Shown here in pieces: positions 48,862-60,700 of a DNA stretch of 64,000 bases (position 1 is its first letter; each line of letters opens with the position of its first letter). Position numbers and translations under genes: made by a program. Location of the stretch: positions 62,001 through 126,000 of the forward strand of contig QPMI01000048.1 in NCBI GenBank assembly GCA_004431415.1. Direction: 5' to 3'. This DNA is from Cyanophora paradoxa CCMP329. Taxonomy: Eukaryota; Plantae; Glaucophyta. The notes under the pieces are model-generated. The model worked only from the letters and a program-made list of their open reading frames with translations. It did no database searches and had not been told where the DNA came from.

Positions 48862-51800
48862 ATGCCAAGGGAGAAAGATCTCGTCAGACCAGTGCGGGAG
48901 GTGCACGCATACCTCCACTGCTACAGATCCAGCACGAAAAGCTCGCGATCCTATGTCGCCCAGTGCCACTGGTGCGTGCACGTGAACGTGACACGGCTCT
49001 CGCAATCCGTTCGGGCCTGCAGCTGTAGCTGCAACCCAGTTGCGATTTATTAATTGAGCCTGGCGCACGCAGCGGAGCCTCGCTCAAGAAACGGAGCGCG
49101 TTCGTTTGCCAGAAGGACAAGACGCACGTCTTTTGCGAGGCGTGCGTCAAGTCGCTGCTCGGCTCGAACTTCGCCAAGACGCGGGGCAAGAAGCTTCGAG
49201 GGCACCGCGTCTGCCCTGTCCCAGGCTGCGCGCCGCGCTCGTCCGTCCGGACCTTCTGCACTTGTCGCCATTGCGCCGAGGATCGTGGCAACGACGATGC
49301 GGGGGCGGCTGAAGGTCCGCTCGATTCTGATCGTGACCGATCAACATGATTAATATTACTTTAATTTCCAGCCTGACCTGTGATCATGACATGCATATGC
49401 CATTAATTCATAAATATAAATAAGGGGCTTGCAACTCTTATAATCAGGCGCAGCCACGGCTACGGATCCGACGGCAGACACCATACGCATCGCGATCGAT
49501 ATCGACAGCAAACATGACAAAGACGGATCCGGATCTGGAGATGATGGCGAGGTGCCCGGCCCCGCACAGAACAGCACAAAAAGAGCCTCTCGCAATCGAA
49601 ATCAACTAACACAAATATCATTGCGGCCGCAGTTATCCGCCGCCTCGGACTCGCTTAAGCTTCCGGGCTCCAAGGTGAAGACCATCCCCGAGGACGGGAA
49701 GACGTTCCTCAATGCAGCGTGCTGCAAAGTGCAGACGGCCAAGCAGCGCGCAGCTCTCGTCCGGCAGCTCAGCGCCTCGTTCTTCTCGCGCCTGGGTGGC
49801 GGGCTCGACTACACCGCCACCGTCCTCCTGCTCATGATCAACTTCCTGTTCATCATGGTCGCGGCTCTCCTCGACGACCCCACGACTCCCCGTGCGCCCT
49901 CTCGCGCTCTCGTCTATGGGCAGGCTTGTGTTCAGGCCTCGGCTTACGCATTGTTTCTGCAGTGGAGGTCGCGCAAGCCTTGAAGAAAATCTGCCTCGCG
50001 CCTCTCAAGCGCGCCGCTGAGAACGTGGGCGCTCGCTCGCTGTGGGCGCTCATCCTTGGGGAATCCGGGCACGGTTCGCTAATTCTTGATCAGATAGAGA
50101 GAAGTCTAATTCTGAGTTTCGGAATTGCATCTCACATTCTGAAACAGGCAAATCAACACTGGCGGGGGCCCTTTTCAAGCGCCATGCACCCCGCGATCCG
50201 CACTACTTAGAACAGCTTTGCGAGCGCTTCGGGGTCCCCGTCGACATTCCGATGGTGCGTTAATAAAACTTATATCATGTGACTCTACATCGACTTTCGC
50301 GTTGTGCGAATTATGGGAATCTTGTCCTGACTAAATATGTCGCAGGCGTCTGCTTCCACGCCGGTTCCGGCACGTGCGCGTCGCTGGCAGCTGCGATTCG
50401 ATCTCGAAGGGAAAGTTGCGGCTGGGACCAGCGTCTACCTCCAGGTGTGATGTGATGTAAACTGCAGACGTATAAATATGCAGTGCCTGCGAAATCGGTC
50501 GATAAACTGAAAATAAAGGCTGTTCAAGCATTTCTCTGCTCCATGGCCAGTTGAATTCTATGGCACATATTTGTTCGCTACATCTTACACTCCTCGCCCC
50601 TCGTGCAGCTTGGGGTGATCGATTCGAAGTCGAAAACTACGCTGCCGCATTCCTTTGTCGAGGCGAATGGGTCACTCCACTGCGTGCGTACACGATCCAT
50701 GCATATGTGTCTGATGATCATGAATTTCGAATCAACGCCGCACGTGACCGAATTTTTGTATTACAATCGATTGCAGCTGCAAGTCACCACCGACAAAGAC
50801 CTTTACAAGAGAAGCCCCGAGCACACCGAGAAGACGCATCGCCTTTTCTCAATCGGCACCTCGTTTTTCCGACTCTGGTGGAACGACGACGGAACCTGCT
50901 GCTTGCAGGTTCTCGCCCGGACCCTCGCAGACAAGAGCCTGATTACCATGGGCGCCGGGAGTAGCGGAGAGCGCCTCCCGTTGGACGAAAGAGACATCGA
51001 CAAGGCCAATTTCGTTGGCTTTGCACGCTCTGGCTCCAGTCAAGAGCCGAGGAAGCTCTCCTACTCGTGCAGACGAGCTACGGTTCGCGTTCTTAATTAT
51101 GGAAACTTGCGCTCGCTTGCACTCAATAATCTAACATCATGAATGTAATAATCTACACGGTTCAGCGCGCGTGCACTAATATATCACTCGCTGCAGGCGG
51201 CCCGCTTCGCCCTCGTACTCGTTGAAGGGAAGGGGAAGTCGGCGGAGGATGCGCCCGGCCACCTCGAGCTTTACGTCGATTCTGTGGACGGGCCGCGCGT
51301 CGGCGTCGGCAAGCTGAAGAAGGGCAACGTGGACGCTCTCGTCGTCGCCTCCAGTCCATCTTCGGTCCAGGCGGCGACCTTCTGCCCCATCTTTATGGTC
51401 AGTTAAAAACCGTAGCCGAGTCTTTTGCTGTCCCCGAACTAAGGATCAGCTACGAACAGGTCAACTCGAAGGAAAGTCGTGAGCCGCAGTCTGGAGGCTC
51501 ATCGGGCGCAGAAGCCCTTTCCAAAATCCGCGCCCAGTTCTGCAGAACGGAATCGTGGAACAAGCAGCCCCTTCCTCCGTTGGAGTACGAGAAGTTCAAA
51601 GAGTTCGACACCCAGAGGGGAATCGCTCCTTGCGGGAAGCAGCATCGATACACCACTATCGTGGCCGAGGTGCGACGTTCTGCGTTCTGCTTACGCTGCA
51701 CAGCTTTCAAGTATTTTTGAGCTCACTGTACGGGTATATGTGACTTGATGCGAAGGCACTGCGGAGTTGCGGGCCGACGGACACGCCAGCGTTGACGGTT

Positions 51801-54800
51801 GAATGGCGTGACGCGAGCTCGCTCTGGTCTCTAATCAAGAAAGGGCTCCATCTTCATGCTGAACCGATGCCGCCGACACCGCTCTCCACAGACGAGGACT
51901 CGCCGAGTGCACAGGTGATCAAGGAACGAAAGCTGGTCGGAGGAGAGATCGCTGCGTCCTTTGGTCGCGACTGCAATCATCCAGACTACCGCCGCTTAAG
52001 AACCCTCGAGCAAACGCCTGGTGCGCAATTTGTGATCTTGAAATTGAACCCAATTTTTCCGCTTTCGGCTCTTGTAATTGATGGTTTTATTTTGCGGGTG
52101 CAGCTGACCTCACCCTCCCTGTCGACATGGTGGACCGTTTGGGCAAGCGCGAGATCTTCGAAGTGTACAGCACTGCTTCCGAGGGCGTCCTTCTGGGCCT
52201 TCGCATTGCCGGCATCATGTGAGCCTCCGGATCCCCGCGACTGATGCATATGCATGCCGCAAAGCGCTTTTGAATCACGATGGACATTGCAGGACAGCGA
52301 CGGCGTTTCCTGGACTTCTGTGCACTCCCCTGGAGCTGGAGGCGACTGGCGTACGGCGTCTGCCCGCCATCACCTTCAACCTTCCCACTCGGCTCCCGAA
52401 GGGCCTCGACGAAATGGTTGTCATCAGCACGCCGGTGCGCACTTGAATTCGATATTCAGACCTCTGCGATTATTTCTTAGTATTCGTTTAATATTGACTG
52501 CGGGCCCGGGCCGGGTCCTAGGGTGCGAAAACCGACAGAGATCTCCCGCCGTTCGAGCAGCGGCTCGTGAACGAGTCCGCGAACATCGACGTCGACACGG
52601 CTCTTCTCGTGGCTAAAGAGCGAGCAATGACCCACGGGACCGTGCGCTGGCGCCCCATGAACATGAGGCGCCGCTTTGTTTGCCTGGCCTGCTTGTACAT
52701 GTGACCGCTTCGGCAGGTTGGCGACCAGCTTCGGAGGGGCGGGTCGGGCGGCACGAGCTCCACCGTCTGGCACAATTATCTGCATCGCAGCATGCCGTTC
52801 GGTGCGTTGCGAGTTGCAATCGGCGTGGAATTAGCGCTCTATTGCTGGTAACGTTGCAGCCCGCACCTTATATCAATCATGAGCCGCGTACATGTGCAGT
52901 GGCCGTGTGCAATCCCGACAAGGAGATGGAGGAAGATCCTGATCACATTCAGGAAGGGGTGAGTTCTTTTGACCGACGTTTATTCCAGCCTGGTCAACAT
53001 TGCAATTGAACATTTCGGCAGGCGCGAATTGTTGCCGAAACGCTTTGGACACTTGCAGAAGAGACACTTCCGGGAGCGGGGGATGCAGATCTAGACGCCG
53101 AATCGGTGTCGACGTCGCGAGTTGAAGACTGCAAACAACGGACCCTCTGCACGGGTGCGATTCGAATCCGTCAGTCGGCTCTATGCATACGCGCTGATCA
53201 TGAAGCCCGCTCTCCGGCTTATAAACAGGCGGATCTTTCACAAATCCCGACGCCGCCTGGTGATTATGAGGCCACTCTAAAGCACTCTTTGGAATAAATT
53301 AACTTGTACATTGTTGTGGCAGGCTCGGAGTTCTGTGGGAGCAGCTGCCGCTTCTGACCACCGCCTCCCGCACTGAACGCCTCCTTCGCATTGTAGAGGC
53401 CTTTCGTGCCGAGCTCCCTGCGTTGCTCGAAGTTTTGAATCCGGTGCGTCGTTGCCTGCAAGCATATAATTTATGATCTTGACCATGATTAATATTTGCC
53501 GTCCGTGCACTCATGCAGGCGGTAGCTCTCGCGGAGCTCAACAACATCCCCCTAGACATCAAGGACCTGTGCTGGAGGCACGCCGGGCAGCAGATCATTG
53601 CCCGACTCAAGAGACTCCATTATGAGAGTGAAACCCTGCCTGGGCTTTCGGGCAACGATCCAGGCAAGGGGCTGTGGCTCGCCCAGCAGAACATCGCAGC
53701 TGGGATAGCTTCGCAGCAGGCGAGCGGTATCCTGGAGCGTGCAGCGGGCATCGTCGCTCGGGTGACGACTTTGCCGGCACTCGTCACGAATCGCTTCTTC
53801 GAGCTCAATCGCAATCAGGTGCTCCACATGTACAGCTGTAAATGGTCACGAGCTCCTCGAGCTCTATTCACCAACTCGATACATTGCAATTGCTTTCGCA
53901 GAAAGTCAAGGCCGCGTTATCGAGCGTGGGCTCCAAGAAGCAAGCGGAGGCGTTCCTCTCTTACTGGGCGAAATGCGCCGACCCGGAAGACAGCGGACCA
54001 GTGCGCTCGGACGCTCGTTAATTTCCCCAATTTCCCACCTCACGACGAGAAACGGCGCGCAGCTCGGCAACGTCCTGGTCGGAGACCTCGTGGCGAAGGC
54101 AGCGCAGGCTCTGGCAGAGCAAGCCAAGTCCGGCGAGGGAAATACGGCCACCCTTTACGACGTCCTCATCGCGTTTGTTGAAGGCGCCTCACGGCGTCAC
54201 GCTGACTCCTTCCTGGTGCGAAATAAATCACCGAGCGGTTCTCATACTGGCGGGTCTATTCGCGGGCACGTCGTAATTTGGTGCGCGCAGAACCTTGAGC
54301 CACCCCCGGGACTGGGCGAAGAGGAACTGAAGTGCTGGAACACACTCATTGAAAATTTCCATTGTCTTTTCCCAATGTGCGCTTGGTCTGGTCACGATTT
54401 TGTGACGCCTTCAAACTAGACTCGTAACTTTGATTACGAAGGCATGCGCGGATGAAGCTTCGAGTTGTCGTGCACAAGATTTGTGACGAGTGCGAATCAG
54501 CTGCACCTTCGAGGTTAAGAATAACTTCTAATCACCGGTTAAACCAGGATGCTCTCTGGCGACGAGAAAAAAAGCGAGCACATCAAGTCCGTGTGTAATG
54601 TGACAGGCAGATTGCTCGCGGGTCTCTTTCTGGTGCATTTCCGCTTACGCGTTTCTTTTGAGCGCGCTCACCTTCTGCGAATTCGAAGGTGGATCCCCTT
54701 CCCCTCAATCCAGACTCCAAAGCAAGAGAGCCAGCCCCGTTCAAGGTTTAAGCAGATATATCGCTTTTGCTTCCTCATTGCTTTGTCCTCAAAGCAGCCC

Positions 54801-55899
54801 AGTTCGCCTACCTCGGACAACGGATTGAACAGCTGGCAGCTGCCGGCAATGCAACCACAGGGGGATGGCCGTGGCCTGCAGACCTTGGAGAAAAGTTCAC
54901 TGTTGCGGTGCGATGTGCCAACGTTAACGTGCAATGTCTCGCCACCAGTATGACAAGCCTGCAATGCTGACTTCACTGTTGGGCTGCAGGGGCGGCCTAC
55001 AGGCTCCACTTTCGCAAGCCGCGGCACGCGCTCCGTAAGCTAAAATAGACCAACTTCCGAAGTTCAACATCACGTGCACCGGTACCTCGTGCACGTGCTC
55101 ATGACAGTTTGCAGGGGCCGTCAAACCCTGCGCTGGCGAACGAGATTCTGGAAGGGGCGGGCCCTGACGCACCTCCCGGCCTCCACAACTGCGTCTCCCG
55201 CTACCTGAGAGACGCAGTGCGCGCTCGGGGATCTCTTCCGAGTTCAGATTCGAGCGCTATATATATATATTAATGAAATGATTCGTCTACCAGATGGGCA
55301 CCATCGGCATTGGAATTTCGAGTAAGATTTCCACGCAGTTTATGGAGATCTGCGCCTCCGACATTCGAACTCTCTCGCGGTAGGAAGTCTCGCACGCTTG
55401 CAGACTGCAGACTGCAACTTCGTAAAAGTCGCAATTGATCTAGATCTGCGATTTTGCACAGGCCGCGAACAAACCTGGCGCAGTATTTTGGACCGGCGCT
55501 TGCGCCACTGGTCCGCGCCCATTGCGCTGTAAAGGCTATCACCACCGCCCTCACGAAGCTCCAAGCCCAGTGCGAGATTTAAATCTACAGCTGCTGTTGG
55601 CGGTTGAACTGCGGCGCTGGCTGACTCGCTGTACACCGATCAGGCTGCGGGACGAACGCCAGCAAGCTGACATTTCCGTGGGCGCGGCGCGGAAAGCTTT
55701 CGCGAAAGCTCTTGCTATTCAGTCGGACAATGAATTCGAACCCGAGGTCCTGATCGACGAGGACGCCGACAGCGATGCCGAGGCCCCCGCAGTTAACGTT
55801 GCGCCTGCAGCAGGAGCTTCGAATTCCGCTTCCGCGGGCGGTGACACTGCCAAAGGTACCGGTGCTCAGGAGCTCCCCGCTGCTGAAGTCGCAAGTTGA
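48862..55899 (+). CDS. Zinc finger + dynamin-like GTPase, copy 2
   Basis: Same exon structure and motifs as 28321-35409 (GESGH|GKSTL, VVISTP|G, AVCNPDK). Starts MPREKDLVRPVRE and ends ..QELPAAEVAS*. Confidence 0.7.
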
Positions 55900-56489
55900 C
55901 CGATATTGATATACATCATGACTCGCAGTCTCAACTCGCTCGCGCACCGCCAGTTCGACAACTCTTCGCGACCCTGGCCGGGGGCGGAAGCGCCGAGCCT
56001 CCCACTCCCCCGCTCCAGCTGTCTCCGACGACGATCGCGAGTGATCGGCGGATCCAACGGTGGAGTCGACATTGTAGCTATACATATACGCATAGGATTA
56101 TAATTAGGAAACTCAAGCTTGGAGCTTGAGAAAAGAGAATTCTGGCCCAGTGGTTTCGTCTTTCGTCACCGCTTCGTCTTCGAATATTCACAGACTCAAA
56201 GCCATTCATTGAACTTTAGATCTTCCCCTCTCGCCCCCAAAGCCCGATTCAGCCTTCTCAGCCTTCTTAACGGCACCAGCCGCGCCCAGCCGTTGGCTTT
56301 GGGGCTTGGACTGCGCATGCTTCCCGCTCCTGTGTCCGCCTTGGCTTTGGCATCATTCGGCGGGCTGGGGTCGTTTAGATCGTTTATAATTAGGTTTAAA
56401 GGTTTACCCCCTCCCTGCCTGGCCGGACCTATCCGAGCAATGTTTTTTAGCTATAAAGGTTTGGGGGCGGGGGGGAGATCTAGCTATAG

Positions 56490-57084
56490 AGGGGGCGCAG
56501 GAGGTGGCGGTGGGCGGGGCGCGGGCGGAGGCGGCGGCGCCGCTGCTGGCGCGGGCGTACGAGGCGGCGGGGAGGGAGGAGGAGGGCGCCGCCATCCGCC
56601 GCGCCTACGGCCTCCCCGCCGCCACCTCCCGCGCCAGCAACCTGTAGCGAGCTCGAGGGAGGGTTTGGCCGGCCCGCGCAGGGCCGCTCCAGCGCTATAA
56701 TTAGCGGGTGGGACCGCGTCTTTATACCGCACCAGCAACCGTTGCACCTGCAGTGACTCGGCTAGTTACTAGTTAGTTAGTTGGTCAATTAGAGATGCAT
56801 GGCGCGGCCACAGCGGCGGCGGCGGCGGCAGCAGCAGCAGCAGCAGGAGCAGTAGCAGGCGCTGACTGTTGTTAGCAGGCGCACGCAACCCTACAAGGCT
56901 ATCAACCCCTCTAAATCTGTACTGTCGGCCAGCCCCGAGCTCGAGGCCGTCACACGGCGTCGTCCCAGAGTCGGACCCAGACGGTCAGGCCGTTGCCGCT
57001 GGGCCTATGCGAGCAAATTAAACGGTTTTTTAGGCCTCCGTCCTTCCCGGCCCGTTGATCATGAACTTGAACTCGTTCATGATC
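56490..57084 (+). repeat. Right copy of duplicated TPR-gene last exon (56501-56647) + 3' region
   Basis: Intact GCGCAG acceptor, 147-bp exon and TAG. Four differences from 9794-9940. Confidence 0.95.
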
Positions 57085-57798
57085 ATATTCTGTGATCATT
57101 AATCAGCTTCGAGTTTCGAGTTCAACGGTTCGTGATAGCCGGGGGAACTTCGAGTTCGAATTCGCTCCAGTGGCGATTAACCCCCAGTGATTAAACCCCA
57201 GTGGCGAGTTACAAGCCGTGCCCCCAGTGGCGAGTGGCCATGGCCCAGTGGGATGTTCGCTTGCACTGCGCAGTGCAACTGCAATAGTTATATAATCTAG
57301 ATCTTTTAACAGAAAACTCGATTAATATGGTGAATTTACTCGAATTCAATCATGACTCAGTGATTCAAGATTTGTTTTTGAGAGACTACCGCGGGGCGAA
57401 TCCCCCTTAGGTAGTTCTATCAAAAGACAGCAAAGTACTATTTAAAGCCAGCAAAGTACTAGTAAACAACTATTGAAAAACAAAGACAGCAAAGTACTAG
57501 TAAGCACAAATCAAAGGAGCCGAGAGTACGTGCACGTGAAGCAAATGTGAACTGCGCAACAAATCTCAATCTTACTGTAGATGTCGCCGGCTGCGCTCGC
57601 TATCTGTGGCGCCGGCTGTATAAGCGAGCATGCATGAATCGAAATGGATGCGACCTGGCTTAATCTTTTAAAGCTTAAGGGCTTAAGCTTATAAAACTCT
57701 ACGGTGGAAATGGGGGCTTCAGCTTATAAAACTCTACGATTGCGATCTTGTCCATGGGAGCCATCCAGCTACAAATCTAGACTCGATAAGCTCTAGAT

Positions 57799-60700
57799 CT
57801 AGCCCTTGAGCTGTGCTTCTCGAAGCACGGTCCAGGCGTCCAGGTTCCGGCGCACGGCGGCCAGGGGGATCTCCATCACCTGTTAGAGGGGTCGGCTTAA
57901 AATAAATATGGCGGCCCGGAGCGGACAGCAGCGAGCTCGGCGAAGGCCAAGGGGAAGGGGCTGGGGGGGGGGGGGGGGGGCCGGACCGGTGAGCATAGAA
58001 GGGCCTTGGCGGATTCGAAGGCGGGAAGGGCGCCGTGGGACAGCAACGCGACCTACGCGGGGGCCGAGTTCGAACGTTAACGAATACGTACGGGTCGAAC
58101 TGAAATCCAAAATCTTATAATTAACACTGCTCACCTGCATTGACGCCAGCCCGCCGTCCGACTCGTCAGTCTCAGTGTATCCGTCCGGCACCTGCGAAAA
58201 AAGTCGGCTAGGCGCCTGCGGCCGGCCCGACCGCGGCCCCGCGCGCCCGTGCCCTTATTCGGGTCCACCTTTCTCTAGATCTGACCATGGCCATAACCCA
58301 CTCACCATAGCGCCGATCTCATCCAAGAGGCGCCCTTCCTCCAGCCGCTCTTGCTGCGCGAGGTTTAATTTGCGCGAATCAATTATAAGCCGGCTTCATC
58401 ATCAATATTGATCGCACCCTCTCGAGGGCCGCCCATTGCCGGCTGTGCTCGAAGGTCCGCGCGGCCGCCCCGTAGTGCGCGCACCGCATCAGCGCCGCGG
58501 CGGGCGTGCAGCTAGCGCTCGCCTCCGGCTCGGGTCTGAGGGTCGCCGCGAGCCCAGACTTCACGCTCAAGCTCACGTCCCCCGCTTCAGAGCAGATCGA
58601 GCCCCTGCTCCGCCAGCTGTAGTTGTCTCCCCGTCCGCCGGGCCCGGCGCCGGCGCCGCCGCCCGGGCTCTCGACGGGGCCGACGTCGGTCGCCAGGATG
58701 CAATCCACAATGAACTGCGCGCGTATCCAAAGCGTCAGCGACGTCGGAAACGATTTGCATTAGCTCACAACAATTACTAGCTAGGAGTTTCACATCGCCC
58801 AATTCATCTCTCCGACTAGATATCGCCATCGACGTCGCGATCGACGGGTCCGAATTTCTAAGCAGCTATAGTAGATCTAAACGCGAACAGAGCGAAGTCG
58901 AATTTCCGAATCTAGAGCGAACAGATCTAGATTGGTCCCGCTCTGTAGCACACAACAACAACAACTGCTAGGAGTTTCACACCGCCCAATTTATCTCTCG
59001 ACTAGATATCGATGGCGACGTCGTGATCGATGGGCCCGAATTTCGATGTCGCAGACGTGAACAGCGCGGGCCGGGCCGGGCGCGCGCACCGCGTGCAGCG
59101 CCCTCCGCTGTATCGGATCGACGGCGCCGGTGATCGCGCAGCCCTTTTGCTGCAGGAGGGCGAGCGCCCTCGCCCCGTGGTGGCTGCGCAGAGCGAAGTC
59201 GAATTAGAAGCCCGCGATCAGTTCCGGGATCCTACCGATTCGATTGCATCGGCCTATAGTTAAGCGTGTCGACGCCGCGCACTGCTCGAGCGGGGAGCGG
59301 TGGCAGTAGAGTGTCGAGATGGTGGACTGCGACTGGTAGAGGTACTCGGCGGAGACCCCCGGGTGGTCCAGGTCTGCCGGGCCGGAGGAACACTCGCATC
59401 AGAGGCGCGTTGCACGTCACGGCGTCGCCCGAGTTGCCGCAGTGCAGCGATCTCAACGCGGCGGACCAATGCAAAGGGCCGCGGACCATAAGGGCGAAAC
59501 GGTCGCGAACTTCGAAGAGAGGTTCTCTGCGCGCAGCCGCCCCATCGTTATCAGCTCAGCGGCTGGCCGAGCAATTGCAGGCCGCGCTACATATGTATCG
59601 GGGCCAGACTCGGCGATCACCCGACGGCCGCGGCCTGCGGTGGGACGTGCAACTCAGCCGCCTCCGGATCCTCCCTCGGCTGGTCGCCCTCCAGCTCGGC
59701 AGCTGCAGGGGCACGCTGGAAAGAAGATTTCCTGAAATAAGTCCCGCTGAAAACAATGCAAGAGTCCAGGGCGCGCTCATGATCACCTCGGGGGGTAGAC
59801 CGTATTCCCGCTCGGCCGGGATGCGGCGCAGCACGAGGTACCTGCGCGTGCGCCGGATCCCAGGGTCGGACCTTGGACTCGACGGGTACGCGGCGAACGT
59901 TAACAAAGAACGAGGCGGGTACATGAAGTGAGCGGTGTCGATGGCCCGGGCGGCGTTGTGGAAGGGAAGCTGCGGGAGCGCAGGAGCCTTAGCCACGTGC
60001 ACGCTGCCAAGCTCAGGCCGGCTAGCCGTCGGAAATTCGAAGACGCACCTGGCGGTAGGAGGCGAACACCGCTGTGGCAAAGGCGTGGAGCTCTCGTTCC
60101 CGTACCCGGAACCGGTCCAAAAGCTGCGGGAAGGGGGAGGAATCCGAAGCTATGAGGAGCAGTGCAGGTGGGAGCTCGAGAGCGGGGATCAAGCGCACCT
60201 GAAGGCGCAGAAGCATCTCGCGGAATAAGGAGGGGAAGGAGGCGTGGGGGCAGGTGGATGGGACGAAATCCCACTCGTCGAGCCGCCGGAAGGTCTGTTC
60301 GAAGACGTGTAAGTGAATTTAAGAGAGGGGCGAGGAGAATGAGAAGGACAGGGGGGAGGGGGTGGGGGTAGGGGTGGGGGGTAGGGGGGGGTGGGGGGTG
60401 GGGGGTGGGGGGAGTGGGGGGGTGGGGGGTGGGGGGGGGGGCAAGGCGCGCACGGGACCCTGCACGGGTTCGGATCCGGACTCCGGAGCCGCTCCCAGTG
60501 TCCCCACAGAGCTCGGAGGACAGACGCTCCACTGCGAAATTCAAAGGGGGGGGGAGGAGGGGGGGAGAGAGAGAGAAATTCAAGGGGAGGAGGGAGGAGG
60601 AGGACGAGGAGGAGGAGGAGGGGGGGGGGGGGGGGGGGGGGGGGTTCGCGCCAATCAGCCGATGCGTGCGCGCACAAATTAAAGGTGCTACGGGAAGCTT

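Noticed and set aside
10480-56490. Endogenous virus, Polinton, Helitron or Starship-type autonomous element
   Set aside because: No capsid, packaging ATPase, polymerase B, integrase, Rep/helicase or tyrosine recombinase motifs were recognised, and no diagnostic termini. The class of the island is left open.
57165-57255. CCCAGTGG short repeats
   Set aside because: Irregular spacing with no TIR or TSD. Probably a decayed repeat fragment.
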